The notes: a model not told the origin generated them from the letters alone. A stretch of 64,000 nt of DNA from Malacoraja senta (GCA_038087875.1 CM075994.1:5272001-5336000); one strand, 5' to 3'. Positions 1 to 12,920 are shown, counted from the first letter of the stretch. Translations and numbers: made by a program.

Positions 1-597
1 AAGAGCAGGGAGGTTCTAATGCAGTTGTACAGGGTCTTGGTGAGACCACACCTGGAGTATTGCGTACAGTTTTGGTCTCATAATCTGTGGAAAGTCATTC
101 TTGCCATAGAGAGAGTACAGAGAAGATTCAGCAGACTGATTCCTGGGATTGCAGGATTTTCATATGAGGAAAGACTGGATACACTCGGCTTGTAGACGTT
201 GGAAATTAGAAGACTGAGGGGGGACTTATAGAAACTTACAAAATTCTTAAGGGGTTGGACAGGCTAGATGCAGGAAGATTATTCCCGATGTTGGGGAAGT
301 CCAGAACTAGGGGTCACAGTTTAAGGACAAGAGGGAAGACTTTTAGGACCTAGATGAGGAAATCATTTTTTACACAGAGTGGTGAATCTGTGGAATTCTC
401 TGCCACAGAATGTAGTTGAGGCCAATTCATTGGCTATATTTAAGTTAGATGTGGCCCTTGTGGCTAAATGGATCAGGGGGTATGGAGAGCAGGCAGGGAT
501 GGGATACTGAGTTGGATGATCAGCAATGATCATATCAAATGGCTGTGCAGGCTCGTAGGGCCGAATGGCCTACTCCTGCACCTATTTTCTATGTCTA
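1..597 (+). mobile_element. CR1 LINE (family A) 3' fragment, degenerate, inserted into the L1 RT region; runs off the left edge
   Basis: Near-identical to 5570-6184 (LYRVLVRPHLEYCVQFWS...RVVNLWNSLP); ends in a TTTCTATG-type tail; L1 ORF2 sequence resumes immediately after. Confidence 0.92.
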
Positions 598-846
598 TAA
601 ATGTGTTTTACTTATTCTATGATTCTTATAATCCCAAATAAAGCTTGTGACAATGGAATCGATTTTATGTGGGAAAAAATCGGAAATATATCGGAATTAA
701 TTGAAATAGATACAGTAGTTGCGGTAAGCAGATCATTTTATAGCATTAATTCTACCAAGCATTGAAGTGGGAAGTGTTTTCCAGTACTAAATATTCTTGT
801 GTAATTAATCAGTAAAGGTGGACAATTTAGTTTAAATAAAGAGGTA

Positions 847-1108
847 TAATAATAATAATAATAGATTTTATTTATATAGCGCTTTGCAGGACTCAATGTC
901 GCTTTACAATTGAGAGTCAGGAATAAACAAAACAAAATAGAGCAGTAAGACAGAGGGGAGGGGAACATGGGACTAAGGGTATGCAGAGGTGAAGAGATGG
1001 GTCTTGAGGCGGGACTGGAAGATGGTGAGGGACTCAGAATTTTGGACCGGTTGTGGGAGGGAATTCCAGAGCCTGGGAGCTGCCCTGGAGAAGGCTCTGC
1101 CTCCAAAA
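847..1108 (-). mobile_element. L2 LINE 3' end inserted in L1 ORF2
   Basis: Minus-strand FGGRAFSRAAPRLWNSLP...FQSRLKTHLF (L2 C-terminus); 3' UTR ends AGCGCTATATAAATAAA plus (TAT)n; the L1 reading KYLGIDVTKTY|TSLFKLN is split across it. Confidence 0.9.
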
Positions 1109-4100
1109 TATATGTCTTAGTTACGTCGATTCCTAAATATTTAAGTTTATCTTGAACTATTTTAAGGGGATTATTGTAATGTATGTAAATTGAATTTTGT
1201 TATTGGCATTATTTCGCTTTTATTCCAGTTAATTCTATATCCTGAAAACTGGCCAAATTGAGTTATTAGATTTAATAGATTTGGAATACTAGTTTCTAGC
1301 TTTGTAATATATATTAGTACAAACAATATATTAGTACATCATCTGCATATAAATAAATTGTATTCCTTGTGTCTCTAGTGTTGTACCCGTGTATTCCTGG
1401 ATGGGTTCTAACGGTTTCTGCTAATGGTTCAATTGCAAGAGCAAATAATAGTGGGGATAGTGAACATCCTTGTCTGCAACCTCTAGAAAGATTAAATTTA
1501 GCTGATAACATTTGGTTTGTTAATATTATAGCTATTGGGTTAGAGTATAACAATTTAACCCATGCACAGTACTTCTCTCCCAGTTGAAGTTTTTCCATCA
1601 CCGAAAATAAATATGACCATTCTACATGGTCAAATGCTTTTTCAGCATCTAACGAAATAATTGCTAGATCTGCATTAGGAATTCTATTTGAGTATATAAT
1701 ATTGAATAGTTTCCCAGATTATAAAATGAGTAACGTTTTGGAATTAAACCTGTTTGGTCGGGGTGTATAAATTAGTTCATCACTAAGCTCAATCTATGAG
1801 ATAGGATTTTAGTTAATATTTTCTGATCAGTATCTATGAGAGCTATTGTTCTATATGAACCTGGGTCTTCATGATCCTTATCCGTTTTTGGTATAAGTAT
1901 GATTGTAGATCTATTTAGAGTTTCTGGGAGTTTCTGTTGAGTGTAAGCGTATTTGTAAAGTGTCTGTAGGCGTGGAGCAATCAGATCATATATGTTTTAA
2001 TAAAATTCAAAGCTTAGACCATCAGGACCTCCGGCCTTTACGTTTTTATAAATATCTAATTGACTATTCGATGTATCTTACCGTAATTCAGCATCTAGTG
2101 ATTCTCTCTATTTCTGATCTAAACCCGTAAGATTACATTTCTGTAGAAATGTTTCCATTCCTGCTGATTGTTCTGTCGTTTTAGATGAGTCCAGTTTTTG
2201 ATATTTAGTAAAATCTATCATTATTATCTTTAGGCAGTGTTAATGTTTCTCCCGTGTCTGATCTAATTTTGTAAATAGTATTTTCCCCATCCAGTTTTCA
2301 AAGTTGACGTGATTTTTGTGGTTTATCACCAAATTTAAAATGTATTTGTTTTGTTTGTTGATAACGTTTTATAACTGTTCTGAGTATATCTTGTTTAACT
2401 TATATTTCAGTACTGCAATATTATTCTGTTTTACCATAGATGGTGCTGTTGCATTTTCTATATCTAATTGCCTTATTTCCATTTCCAATGTCTGTTGTTT
2501 GGCCCTATTATCTTTGTAAGAAATGATTGAGAAGAGATTACTGCTCCTCGCACAAATGCTTTAAATGTTTCCCAAGGAAGGGAGGCAGAGATTCCAGGGC
2601 TATCATTAGCCTAAAAAAACATATTAATCTGTTTTACGAGGTATTCATTAAATAGCTTTTCTTTTAAGATTTGTGTGTTAAGTCTCCATTGTGACTGCGT
2701 CTCGGACATTCCGTTTAGTTTAATCATAAATGTTAGTGGAGCATGGTCCGAGATTGTAATATTATGATATTGCGAATTATACGTAAATGGGATAAGTTTA
2801 GAGTCTACTAAGAAATAGTCTATCCTTGAGTAATTTTATGCACTGGTCAATAAAATGAATATGCTCGACCGGATGGGTTTTCAATTCTCCAAACATCCTT
2901 AATGTTGGCAGTATTAATATATGAGTTTAGAAATTCACTTGACTGAGATTTTAATTTTCTTTGAATTGATGATGTATCCAAATAAGCATCCAGTGTACAA
3001 TTTAAGTCTCCACCGATAATTAAGTTATGTTGTGTGCATTCCGGGATAATGTTGAGTATTCTTTTAATAAACAGGGGGCTATCAAAATTTGGTCCATACA
3101 CATTAAGGAGAGACACTTTTTTGAGTATAACCCCCCTACTAATACAATATATCTGCCTTCGATATCTTCTATCGTTGAAATATGTTTAAAGGGTATACCT
3201 TTACGAATTAATATTGCAACACCTCTAGATTTATGTGAAAATGAAGATTGATACGCTTTAGCAATCCATTTTGCTTTCAATCTATGTTGTGCTTCCTTTT
3301 TAAGATGTGTTTGCTGGAGAAATAATATATCTGCTTTAAGTGATTTTAAATGAGCTAATACTTTACCTCTCTTGATTGGTTAATTAATTCCCATAACATT
3401 CCAGCTACAACATTTAATTCCTTCACCCCCAATTTTCCTATAAACGTCTTGCATCTTGTGATTAGAGTGGTCTATGTTAGAGCAGATGGCTCAGCACACT
3501 AAACCCTACCATATACCCGAACATCAGGTAGATGAATTTTAGATCTCGTCGGTTTTCCATCAGGACATATGTCCCTAAATAAAAAAATATATAATTCCAT
3601 TCCAAATACAAAATATAATATAATATATAGATAGAAAAAGTAAAAAAAATGTTGCCTTAGTAACGTGTAAAGAGTGGAAAAAGAAGAAAACTACAACTAT
3701 GTTTAATGCAGTTAGTGATAGCCACCCTAATGTGGCTAAGCATCTAAGTACTTCTGTAGCTTTTGGTTAAAACAAAATATTACTAGCTCCGTACTTTCCT
3801 TAAAAGAAAAGTATCAATTTCAATGAAAACAATTAATGGGGGGGGGAGGGAAACAATAGTTATATTCCATTATTGAAATAATTATTAATCTCCAATTGAA
3901 ATGTTAGTCTCGTATAGCAAAAAAAGAAAACAAATTGTCAAAGAATAATCAAATTCAAAAGAATCAGAGAGAAAACTCACTAAATTTTTATTAATAAATT
4001 ACCTGAATCACACTTTACTTATATTTTATACTTTTAGTTAATTCTGAGTTGATCCAGTTAACAATAATTAGTATTAATTAGTATTCATGATTAGCATTAG

Positions 4101-5358
4101 TTGTTAGAAATTAGTACTAAAATGTAAATATTATATATCAGTAGCAAGATAATTGCCCAATTGTTATTGCAGATTTTGGGCAGTCCTTAAGCATAATAAT
4201 TTAAAGTTCCATTTTTTCTCTCTGGGGTAACAATATCCGATGTCTTCAGGTGAGTGTTGGGTGTTGAATATTATTCAATCTTCGGTCTTATTCTCGATGC
4301 TCTGGGCGAATTCAAGTGCCTCTGTGTGTTGATGAAGAAATGTTCCTTCTGCTCGTAGGTTACTCTTAATGTAGCGGGGTATAACAGTCCATATCTCAAT
4401 GTTTTTATATTCTTAAGTATTCTTCTTGTTTCTGTAAACAGCGCTCTCTTCTTGGCGACTTCCACAGGATAATCTCTAAATATACTGATCTTATCTCATT
4501 CAAATACGAGATTTCTGCTTTGAACAATTGTCTTCATCATATCATCCAAAACATGGTCATATTGCACCTTCACTATCAGTTGTCTGGGGGGGGGGGGGTG
4601 GGCGCCCTCCCTCGGACGACGTCTCGATACTCTGTGCGCTCAGGCAAGTAATGGTGCTTGATCAAAATTCAAGACTTTTTTCAGTAGATCTGTAGCAAAT
4701 TCACGGGGTCTCGATACCCCTTTCTGCCTTCTTGGACGCCCATGATTCTTAAATTCTGGCGTCTCTGTCGTACATCGAAGTCAATACATGTTTCGATTAT
4801 TTGATGCAATAATTTTGATAGGCGTTTAGTCTCGGCAATATGTTTTTTTGTTATTTCGGTGCTTGTCTCAGCAATTTCCTCTAATTCCTTTACAACCTCG
4901 TGGTGTTGATTTAGTGGCTGGAGGATAGGCTCCAACTTAGAATCAAATCTAGATTCCATCGAGTTCAGTTTATCATTTACTTCTTCAATACTTTGATTCA
5001 AATTTTCTTCCATGTTTAACTTCCAGTCTTCCAGATCATCAAGTACAGAAGCTGTAACCTCTTATTTAATTTGTTCTTTAATCTCATCTTTAAAAGGTTT
5101 CAGCTCTTCCTTGAAGTTCTGTTTAAGATTTTTTAATTATTTCATTATATTAGAGATTTCCTGTGCAAGGAAGATTCTTAATTCTTCCACTTCTGTCTTT
5201 TTCTTCTTTGAGATATCTTCTTGGGATGCTGTTAAAAATGAGGCCGAGGCTTCAGTTGGGCCTACCTCTTTAGCCCTGCCGGTTTTTCTCGTATTGGGAG
5301 GGGGAGTAGGTTGTGCAGACATACTACCGGTGTCGAGCGCCTGATGACGTCACGAAAT

Positions 5359-6183
5359 AAATGTGGATAAATGTGAGGTTATCCATTTTGGTGGCAAAAA
5401 CAGGAAAGCAGACTATTATCTAAATGGTGGCCGACTAGGAAAAGGGGAGATGCAGGGAGACCTGGGTGTCATGGTACACCAGTCATTGAAAGTAGGCATA
5501 CAGGTGCAGCAGGCAGTGAAGAAAGCGAATGGTATGTTAGCTTTCATAGCAAAAGGATTTGAGTATAGGAGCAGGGAGGTTCTACTGCAGTTGTACAGGG
5601 TCTTGGTGAGACCACACCTGGAGTATTGCGTACAGTTTTGGTCTCCAAATCTGAGGAAGGACATTATTGCCATAGAGGGAGTGCAGAGAAGGTTCACCAG
5701 ACTGATTCCTGGGATGTCAGGACTGTCTTATGAAGAAAGACTGGATAGACTTGGTTTATACTCTCTAGAATTTAGGAGATTGAGAGGGGATCTTATAGAA
5801 ACTTACAAAATTCTTAAGGGGTTGGACAGGCTAGATGCAGGAAGATTGCTCCCGATGTTGGGGAAGTCCAGGACAAGGGGTCACAGCTTAAGGATAAGGG
5901 GGAAATCCTTTAAAACCGAGATGAGAAGAACTTTTTTCACACAGAGAGTGGTGAATCTCTGGAACTCTCTGTCACAGATGGTAGTCGAGGCCAGTTCATT
6001 GGCTATATTTAAGAGGGAGTTAGATGTGGCCCTTGTGGCTAAAGGGATCAGAGGGTATGGAGAGAAGGCAGGTACGGGGTACTGAGTTGGATGACCAGCC
6101 ATGATCATATTGAATGGCGGTGCAGGCTCGAAGGGCCGAATGGCCTACACCTGCACCTAATTTCTATGTTTCTATGTTTCTAT
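5359..6183 (+). mobile_element. Young 5'-truncated CR1 (family A) inserted into the L1 5' UTR
   Basis: Uninterrupted 240-aa RT C-terminal ORF 5363-6085; (TTTCTATG)x3 tail; GAAAT on both flanks (probable TSD). Confidence 0.95.
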
Positions 6184-6311
6184 GAAATTGATGCAAACAT
6201 TCGGTGCCGTTTTCTGCAGGTAGGTCCCGTCTTTTCCACCCGTTTTCAGCGGGTTTTTTTCACGGAGCTAGTCGGCGCGAGTCTCTCCTACTCCATAGCG
6301 CCACCGGAAGT

Positions 6312-6520
6312 AGGCAAGGCAACTTTAATTGGGCAAGACAACTTTAATTGGGCAAGGCAACTTTAATTAGGCAACGCAGCTTTAGCATTTCCAAACCAAA
6401 GGCAACACAGCTTCAGCATTTCCAAACTATATTTTCAAACCACATTAAGGGCACTGACAGGTCAGTAAAACCAGTCACAGTTTAGTAGAAATGTCTTCAA
6501 TGTTATTCACAGTGTTATTT
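6312..6520 (-). repeat. Remnant of the same Helitron-associated module seen at 10541-10885, with a 19-bp minisatellite
   Basis: GGCAAGGCAACTTTAATTG x3 from 6313; TATTTTCAAACCACATTAAGGGCACT matches the reverse complement of about 10850-10882. Confidence 0.65.
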
Positions 6521-6784
6521 TACTGGATACTGCAGTGTTCGCAGCGGACGTACTTGGGTACATGTGCGGCTTGTTGAACCACCACAGCATGCGCATGGGT
6601 GGGAGTATTCAATGCGCATGGAGGAAATCGCTACTTCATTTTTCATACCTCATAACAGCTATATAAATGACATCGTCATCTCTTTCGTCTATTGATTTTT
6701 CAACTGCCTAATAAGGAGAAATGCGAAATTTCATGACCAGTCGGCTTGAGCATTCATGATTATCGAAAATATTACCTCGTATTA

Positions 6785-7643
6785 GATTTTTGATTTAATT
6801 TGATTCAACTTTATTTTCATTGTCTTCGAGTAAGAGGCAACGAACTGCTATTTCCCATACAGTCATACGAATTAAAAACAAAAACACAGAAAACGATATC
6901 CACAGCACAAACAACCCCACAGCGGCACCAACGTTCCCCACTGTGAGGGAAGGCACCAAAGTCCAGTCAACCTCCTCGTTGAAGTTCCCCGATGCTTACC
7001 TATGGTTGTGTCCTCCCGAGCCCCCCGCAGTCGCCGCTATGGCGGCCCGATGTTCAGACCCTCTCGCCGGGAAGGATGGAATCCCGACGTCGAAAAAAAA
7101 AACATCCTCAGCGGCCTCGAACTCTGAATCGGCCACCTCCCACAGGGGTCCGCTGCTCCCGAAGTCCACAGGCCGAGCTGGGCGGACATTCAACGCTGGC
7201 GGCCCTCGGCAAAGTGTCGCAGGACTCCGCGATGTTTTTCAGCGACGCCCGCTCTGGGAACTCCGCAAACCACAGCTCCGCGAAATCGATCCAGCTGGCC
7301 GAACACTCCGGAGCATCAAACGGCGATACCAGGTGAGGTATCGCCCGCTCCGCGATATATCCAGCGCTGCGCCTCCGCTGCTGAAGCTCTGGTCCGATCT
7401 CCGGCAGGAAAGTCCGCGCCAATCCAGTTGGTTGGCCGCGAGGAACGGGGCGAGGGAGCGACTCGGATAATAGTCGCAAGCTCGCCAGGAAGTGACTGAA
7501 AAACGGTTTCCCATTTACCCTACCCCCCCCCCCATAAAATACTACAAAAATCTCCAATAAAATACTTTAAACAATTAAACCAAAAAAATATTAAAAGACA
7601 ATCAGACTGTAGGTTGAGGCAGCCATCAACAGCACTACCGGAT
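6785..7643 (-). mobile_element. GC-rich non-autonomous retroposon (about 0.85 kb) with Rex-like 3' tail
   Basis: Same layout as 34045-34904: T-rich tract, G-run, CpG-rich core, GTGCCTTCC.. block, AATAAAG plus short tandem tail; ORFs have no recognisable motif. Confidence 0.6.
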
Positions 7644-7772
7644 GTATGTTACCATTCTTTTCGCTGCAAATGTATTTACCGTTCGGATTCTCTTTCAATA
7701 TACATGTCGAAATTCACGTCAAATGGTGCGTTCTCTCTAGCAGGAAATCCTTTACTCCATCTTCGATATTAC

Positions 7773-7796
7773 TCAAAATGTTCAAATTTTCCAGGG
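7773..7796 (-). CDS. Micro-exon candidate, 24 nt (xLENLNIL); may instead read on to a stop at 7714 as the last coding exon (xLENLNILSNIEDGVKDFLLERTHHLT*)
   Basis: Acceptor gcatttttcag; donor TGA|gtaata at 7772, alternative donor ACG|gtaaat at 7679. Confidence 0.35.
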
Positions 7797-8834
7797 CTGA
7801 AAAATGCTTTAAGACAATTGTTTAGCTCCTCAACTAATCATTGTTGATCTTGACGATTAACGTTGGTCTTTTAGCAAAATCTGGACGATGCAGATGGGCG
7901 CACGGGTCACTTGTTACTGTCCGTATTGCCTTGGAATTATTGGTGCCGTCAAACAAACAGCACGCTGTTAATGCCATGCGCGTGTTACTCTAATATGAAA
8001 GCATTACTTCACTCCTGGTGGTGTTACTGAATATACGTATTGGCAGGACATATCTGTATGTTATGCATCCTTCTCAGATCAGGACGTGGAGGATTTCCAC
8101 CCTCTGTTCAAAATCCATTGTCTGAAATATTAACATCATCGACAATGCTGCAATGTGTTGCATCAATAAACAGCACTATTTTATATTTTGTATACGTAAT
8201 TCAGACCACCGAGTCATCGGTAACTCAAAAGCAATCCAACAAGTCAACTCATTTTTCTGTAACCAATTTTATCAGGCATGTTTATGAGCATAAAACCTCA
8301 CCCCATGCATTTTCGGATCAGACAAATTCGGCACGAGGCAGTAGCCTACTAAGTTATCCATTGGCAGCTCTGTGGGAGGACACTAGAAAATGGTGTGTAA
8401 ATCATACTTTCACAGAGCTAACGTGAAACATCTGTAAATCAGCATGGGAAGTGAGATCGAAATCTGTTTTGATGTCGTCGTGCGGCTGGGAGACAGGACG
8501 CGCCGCGCCGAACAAAGGAAGCCGCGGCGTGGGTGAAACGCTATAGGGCGGGGGAGACCAAATGAGAGTCTGGTGCGGGATACTTTGTAACTTTGTTACC
8601 GCCCTTTAACTTGGGCATGCAAAACAAAGAATATAACTGTGACATGTCACAGTAAAGATTAATTCATTCATTCGTTGATGTTTTACGTTCAAATGCTACC
8701 TTCCTTAATAAATCGGGATAGCAGTGGTTAATTTGAAATAATCAGACTCGCAAACCTTTCAACTTTGCAAATGAGAATTTACATATACTGATTATTGCCG
8801 CAAATATATATTCAAACCATCTCATATGCCACCG

Positions 8835-9300
8835 GCTTCGAAGAGGGTGCGGAAGAGGTTTACTCATGAGATTGTCTCGAACAGACTTAGATTATATTAT
8901 CTACAGGATAGGTTGGCCAAACGTGGATTGTTTTCTCTGAACTGTCAGAGGTCGAGGGGAGGCCAGACCGAAGCATCTAGAATTATGAGAGTTTAGCGAG
9001 AGTAGTAATCTGAATTATTTCCCTAAGGTGGACATGTCAAAGGCTAGAAGGCAATACTTTAGTGAGAAGAGGCACATACAAAGACGTTGGGTGAGGCAAG
9101 GTTATTAAACAGAGAGTAACGGGTGGCTGGAATGCGCTGCCAAGTGGTGTTGGAGGGAGATGCGATGGTACGTTTACGAAGGTTTTAGAAATGGGCATGG
9201 ATATACATGGATTCGAGGGATATTGATCGACCTGCATTAAGAATAGATATGTTTAACTTGGCATGATGCTTCCAACGGAACATGTGTTTCATGGCTCCAT
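8835..9300 (+). mobile_element. Old degenerate CR1 3' fragment
   Basis: Residual CR1 motifs (GAAGAGGGTGCGGAAGAGGTTTAC, GGCTAGAAGGCA, TGGAATGCGCTGCC). Confidence 0.7.
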
Positions 9301-9457
9301 GCTCGGAATAAAACAATGTCAAAATGCAAAATGCATGAATGCAATTCTGACAACATTTTACGCTCGAATATTTTAACAATAAGATTAAATATGAATATTC
9401 CATCAGATTCATAGTTTGGTTATATTTACATTGTGAACATAGTAAATTTATAATTAC

Positions 9458-9493
9458 GTGATGCTTTTAGGTCATCTTTACAGGTGGCCAATT
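9458..9493 (-). CDS. Micro-exon candidate, 36 nt, phase 1-1 (xLATCKDDLKAS)
   Basis: Acceptor tattcgttttgcag, donor CAC|gtaatt; open in phase 1. Confidence 0.55.
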
Positions 9494-10884
9494 CTGCAAA
9501 ACGAATATGGTAACATATCGTGAAATCATGCGCACCCCTTTGGTAAGCCGTTATGTTGTCCAGTACTAGAAATTCGAGGTTCCAGTTCGCCTTGAGGTAC
9601 AAAACGGAACTTCAAATGCTGGAAACTCATACAAAAGACAGACAATGCGGGAACATTCAGCAGGTCGAGCAGCTTCTGTGACAATGAGAGAAATGACGCT
9701 TCAGAAAGCTTCAGAATGAAAATCCTTCATCTGAAGTTGAAATTTAGAAAGCCATTGAAGAATGGGTAGGTGTGGAATGGATAGAATAAACTGAACGATT
9801 CCATTAGTTACGAATCAGTTTCGTTTAATGCGTCAAGCTAGTGAGAGAATAAGAACGGTACGTTGTAAAACTGTGAATTGCACATTGGAGCTAATGAAAG
9901 ATAAAGCAAAAGGAGAAGCAATCTCAGGAGAAAAGAAATACGAATTAATAATTCAAATGATCTCCGAGAAGCAGACCAATTCCGATGAATGTAAAAACAG
10001 AGAAGGAGGGTTGCCAATTGTTGCATTTGCTATGGAGACCTGATCTCCGTGGACGAGAAATGGGTGTGTTCCTCACGTTTGCAAAATGTGTCATCAACAC
10101 AAAGTAGGCGACATGTGGATCATCGTGGGTTTAGAATAGCCAATTTAGGTGAAAGACAAGTGAAAACACAATAACCATTAGATTATTTGCGAAACTGCCT
10201 CCGCAGACCCCACTGCTTTCACAGGCAGAAATGCTTGCAAGAGAGCGACACGATCAACACTTATTTATCCATTAGATAGAACGTGCGTCATAACAACCGA
10301 TTCATTAATCCTGTCCTATTAATTCACTGTATATTTCGCCAGGGGTGCTATACGTTAAAACCAAATTATTTATTCTCACTGCACAATTTCCTAGCGAGCG
10401 AATATACTTGATATCCTCAGAAACCATTTGGAATTAGACACGGAGAGCCCAATATATTTCAGTTGCCATGTCATGAGGACATTGGTCTGACAGGTTTGTA
10501 GGAAGGAACTGCGGATGCTGATTTAACCCGAAGGTATACATCTATATTACTGAAAGTAAGAGTATGGTCGCTGTTGACTCACTGCGCTGTGATTTCCGAG
10601 AAAATGCCGCCACTTACGTCCGTCATTTTTGGCCACCTCGCTCACAGCCCCCCCCCCTCCGCAGGACTGTACCGGAGTGGTTTTCCCATCGATGAAAATT
10701 GAGAGAGTTATTAATGTTCTCTCTGCTGCCCCTGCTGGTGGGAAGAGGGAGGGATTATAAAAACCGGAAGTGATGTTTTATGGAGGAAGCGAGAGTGTCA
10801 CGTCCCTCTGAGCCCTTAATAACACTGAACACATGTTTACTCAACTGTAAGTGCCCTTAATGTGGTTTTGAAATGAAAATATGG

Positions 10885-11585
10885 TTGGTTTGAAGTAAAA
10901 GGGCACTGCAAATGGTTGTTTGGGGGGTTTTGGGTTGAGGTTAAAAGGCACTGCGAAAGGGTGTTTGTGGGTTTTGGGTTGAAGTAAAAAGGTACTGCAA
11001 AGGGTCCTTTGGGGGTTTGGGGATGAAGTAAAAAGGCACTGCAAAGGGTTGTTTGGGGGTTTTGGGTTGAATTAAATAGGCACTGAAACGGGTTGTTTGG
11101 GGGGGTTTAGAGTTGAAGTTAAAAAGGTACTGCAAAAGGTTGTTTGGGGGGTTGGGTTGAAGTAACAAGGCACTGCAAAGGGTTGTTTGGTTTTTTTGGG
11201 TTGAAGTAAAAAGGCACTGCAAAGGGTTGTTTGGGGGTTTGGGGTTGAAGTAAAAAGGCACTGCAAAGGGTTGTTTGGGGGGTTTGGGTTGAAGTAAAAA
11301 GGCACTGCAAAGGGTTGTTTGGGGGTCTTTGGTTGAAGTAAAAAAAGGCACTGCAAAGGGTTGGTTGGGGGTTTTGGGTTGGTGAAAAGGCACCGCAAAG
11401 GGTTGTTTGGGGGTTTTGGGTTGAAGTGAAAATGCACTGCAAATGATTGTTTGGGGGGTTTGGGTTGAAGGAATAAGCCACTGCAAATGGTTGTTTGGGG
11501 GTTTTGGGTTGAAGTAAAAAGGCACTGCAAATTGCAGTTTGGCGGATTTGGGTTGAAGTATAAGGCACTACAAATGGTTGTTTGT
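10885..11585. repeat. 44-bp minisatellite, about 16 copies
   Basis: Unit TTGGGTTGAAGTAAAAAGGCACTGCAAAGGGTTGTTTGGGGGTT. Confidence 0.95.
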
Positions 11586-11964
11586 CTAAACTTGACAACT
11601 TCCTGTTCGCACTATTTAGATTTTAGATAAAACGCTACCACTTACGACTGTGATTTTTGGGCATCTTACTGAGTCCCCCTCCGCTCAACAGGTGCAGAGC
11701 ATTCTTCCCATCAACGAAAAATAAAAGTGTTATAAGTGATTAAAAAATATTAAGAATCTCTCTCCTGTCAATAACGCCATGAAGGCCACACCTTATCCGG
11801 TGGGAGTGGAGATTATAAAACCCGGAAGTGTGTGTGTGGGTCAGTCTCTGCATGATGTGAGAGGGAGAGGTCACGACTCTGTCTGAGCTGTGAATCATCT
11901 AAACACATTGAATGTCTACTGAACTATGGGTGTGGTGTTTCGTGTTGTTTTATGGTGGTTTTGT

Positions 11965-12470
11965 GGTGGTTTCACCCTGCTTGAAATGGTATGAAACTGC
12001 ATATGAATGTGGTGGCCTTGCACCCTGCATGAAATGGTATGAAACTGCATTAAAATGTGGTGTCGTTGCACCTTGCATGAAATGGTATGAAACTACATTT
12101 GGATTTGGTGGCCTTGCACCCTCCTTGAAATGGTATGAAGCTGCACTTGAATTTGGTGGCCTTGCACCCTGTTTGAAGTTTTATGAAACTGCACTTGAAT
12201 TTGGTGGCATTGCACCCTGCTTGAAGTGGTTGGAAACTGCACTAGAATTCGGTGGCCTTGCACCCTGCTTGAAGTGGTAGGAAACTGAACCTGAATTTGG
12301 TGGCCTTGCATCCTGCTTGAAGTGGTATGAGACTGCACATGAATTTTGAGGCCTTGCACCCTGCCGGAAGAGGTAAGAGCCTGCACTTGAATTTGATGGC
12401 CTTGCACCCTGCTTGAAATGGTAGGAAAATGGAATTGAATTTGGTGGCCTTGCACTCTGCTTGAAATGGA
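11965..12470. repeat. 48-bp minisatellite, about 10 copies
   Basis: Unit GGTGGCCTTGCACCCTGCTTGAAATGGTATGAAACTGCACTTGAATTT. Confidence 0.95.
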
Positions 12471-12920
12471 ATTTAAAGGAATAGCCGTGAGTCAACTGAC
12501 AGCCCACCAGCTGTGAGTGAGCTGCCTGCACATCAGGCTTAAGGGACTGAGCTACCACCCCAAGAATCCATTAGGCCCACAATGTCCATACTAGCCCTCT
12601 GCAGACCAGCAGTCCCTGCAGCCCAAAACACCGATACCAGCGCTCCAGACCCCCCCCCCCCCCACCACCCCCACCGGCCACCAAAATTCAAATTGGTGGA
12701 GAGGTGGAATATTGCGTCGGGGGACCAGCCCTCCCGTATGAACATGGGACCAAACGGTTCCCACTTAGTCTAGTAAAATACTGCATTTACACCAGCATTT
12801 TGTGTTCGACCTTATATGCTTTCTAATTTTCTTCCAACATTCAATAGGATGCAATGAAAATAAAAATGTTCATAACGTAGATTAGTTGTGAAAGTCAGTT
12901 GGAATCATTTGCGCTGTTAC

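Larger units (their letters stand above)
598..6311 (-). mobile_element. L1-clade LINE with intact 5' end; decayed ORF1 (about 5322-4271) and ORF2 (ATG 3454, APE endonuclease + RT)
   Basis: ORF1 motifs RRQNLRIMGV and YGLLYPATLRV; endonuclease SWNV.GIN, NVYGPN, IIGGDLN; RT RGCRQGCSLSPLLF, LYADD, KYLGI, GRINAIK; 5' end ACTTCCGGTGGCGCTATGG at 6311; many stops and frameshifts. Confidence 0.93.
10541..12773 (+). mobile_element. Non-autonomous composite Helitron
   Basis: Starts TC (TCTATATTAC), ends CTAG after hairpin GGGACC-AAAC-GGTTCCC (12746-12762); lies between A and T with no TSD; flanks rejoin into a Penelope-type repeat (AAGGTATACA|TAAAATACTG). Confidence 0.85.

Noticed and set aside
7885..7925. 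WAHGSLVTV resembles an immunoglobulin J-segment motif (WGxGTxVTV)
   Set aside because: No CACTGTG heptamer upstream, key Gly replaced, and no V or C segments in the window.
10841..12558. Repetitive ORFs and a superficial CRISPR-like periodicity
   Set aside because: Head-to-tail minisatellites with no unique spacers and no cas genes, inside a Helitron in eukaryotic DNA.
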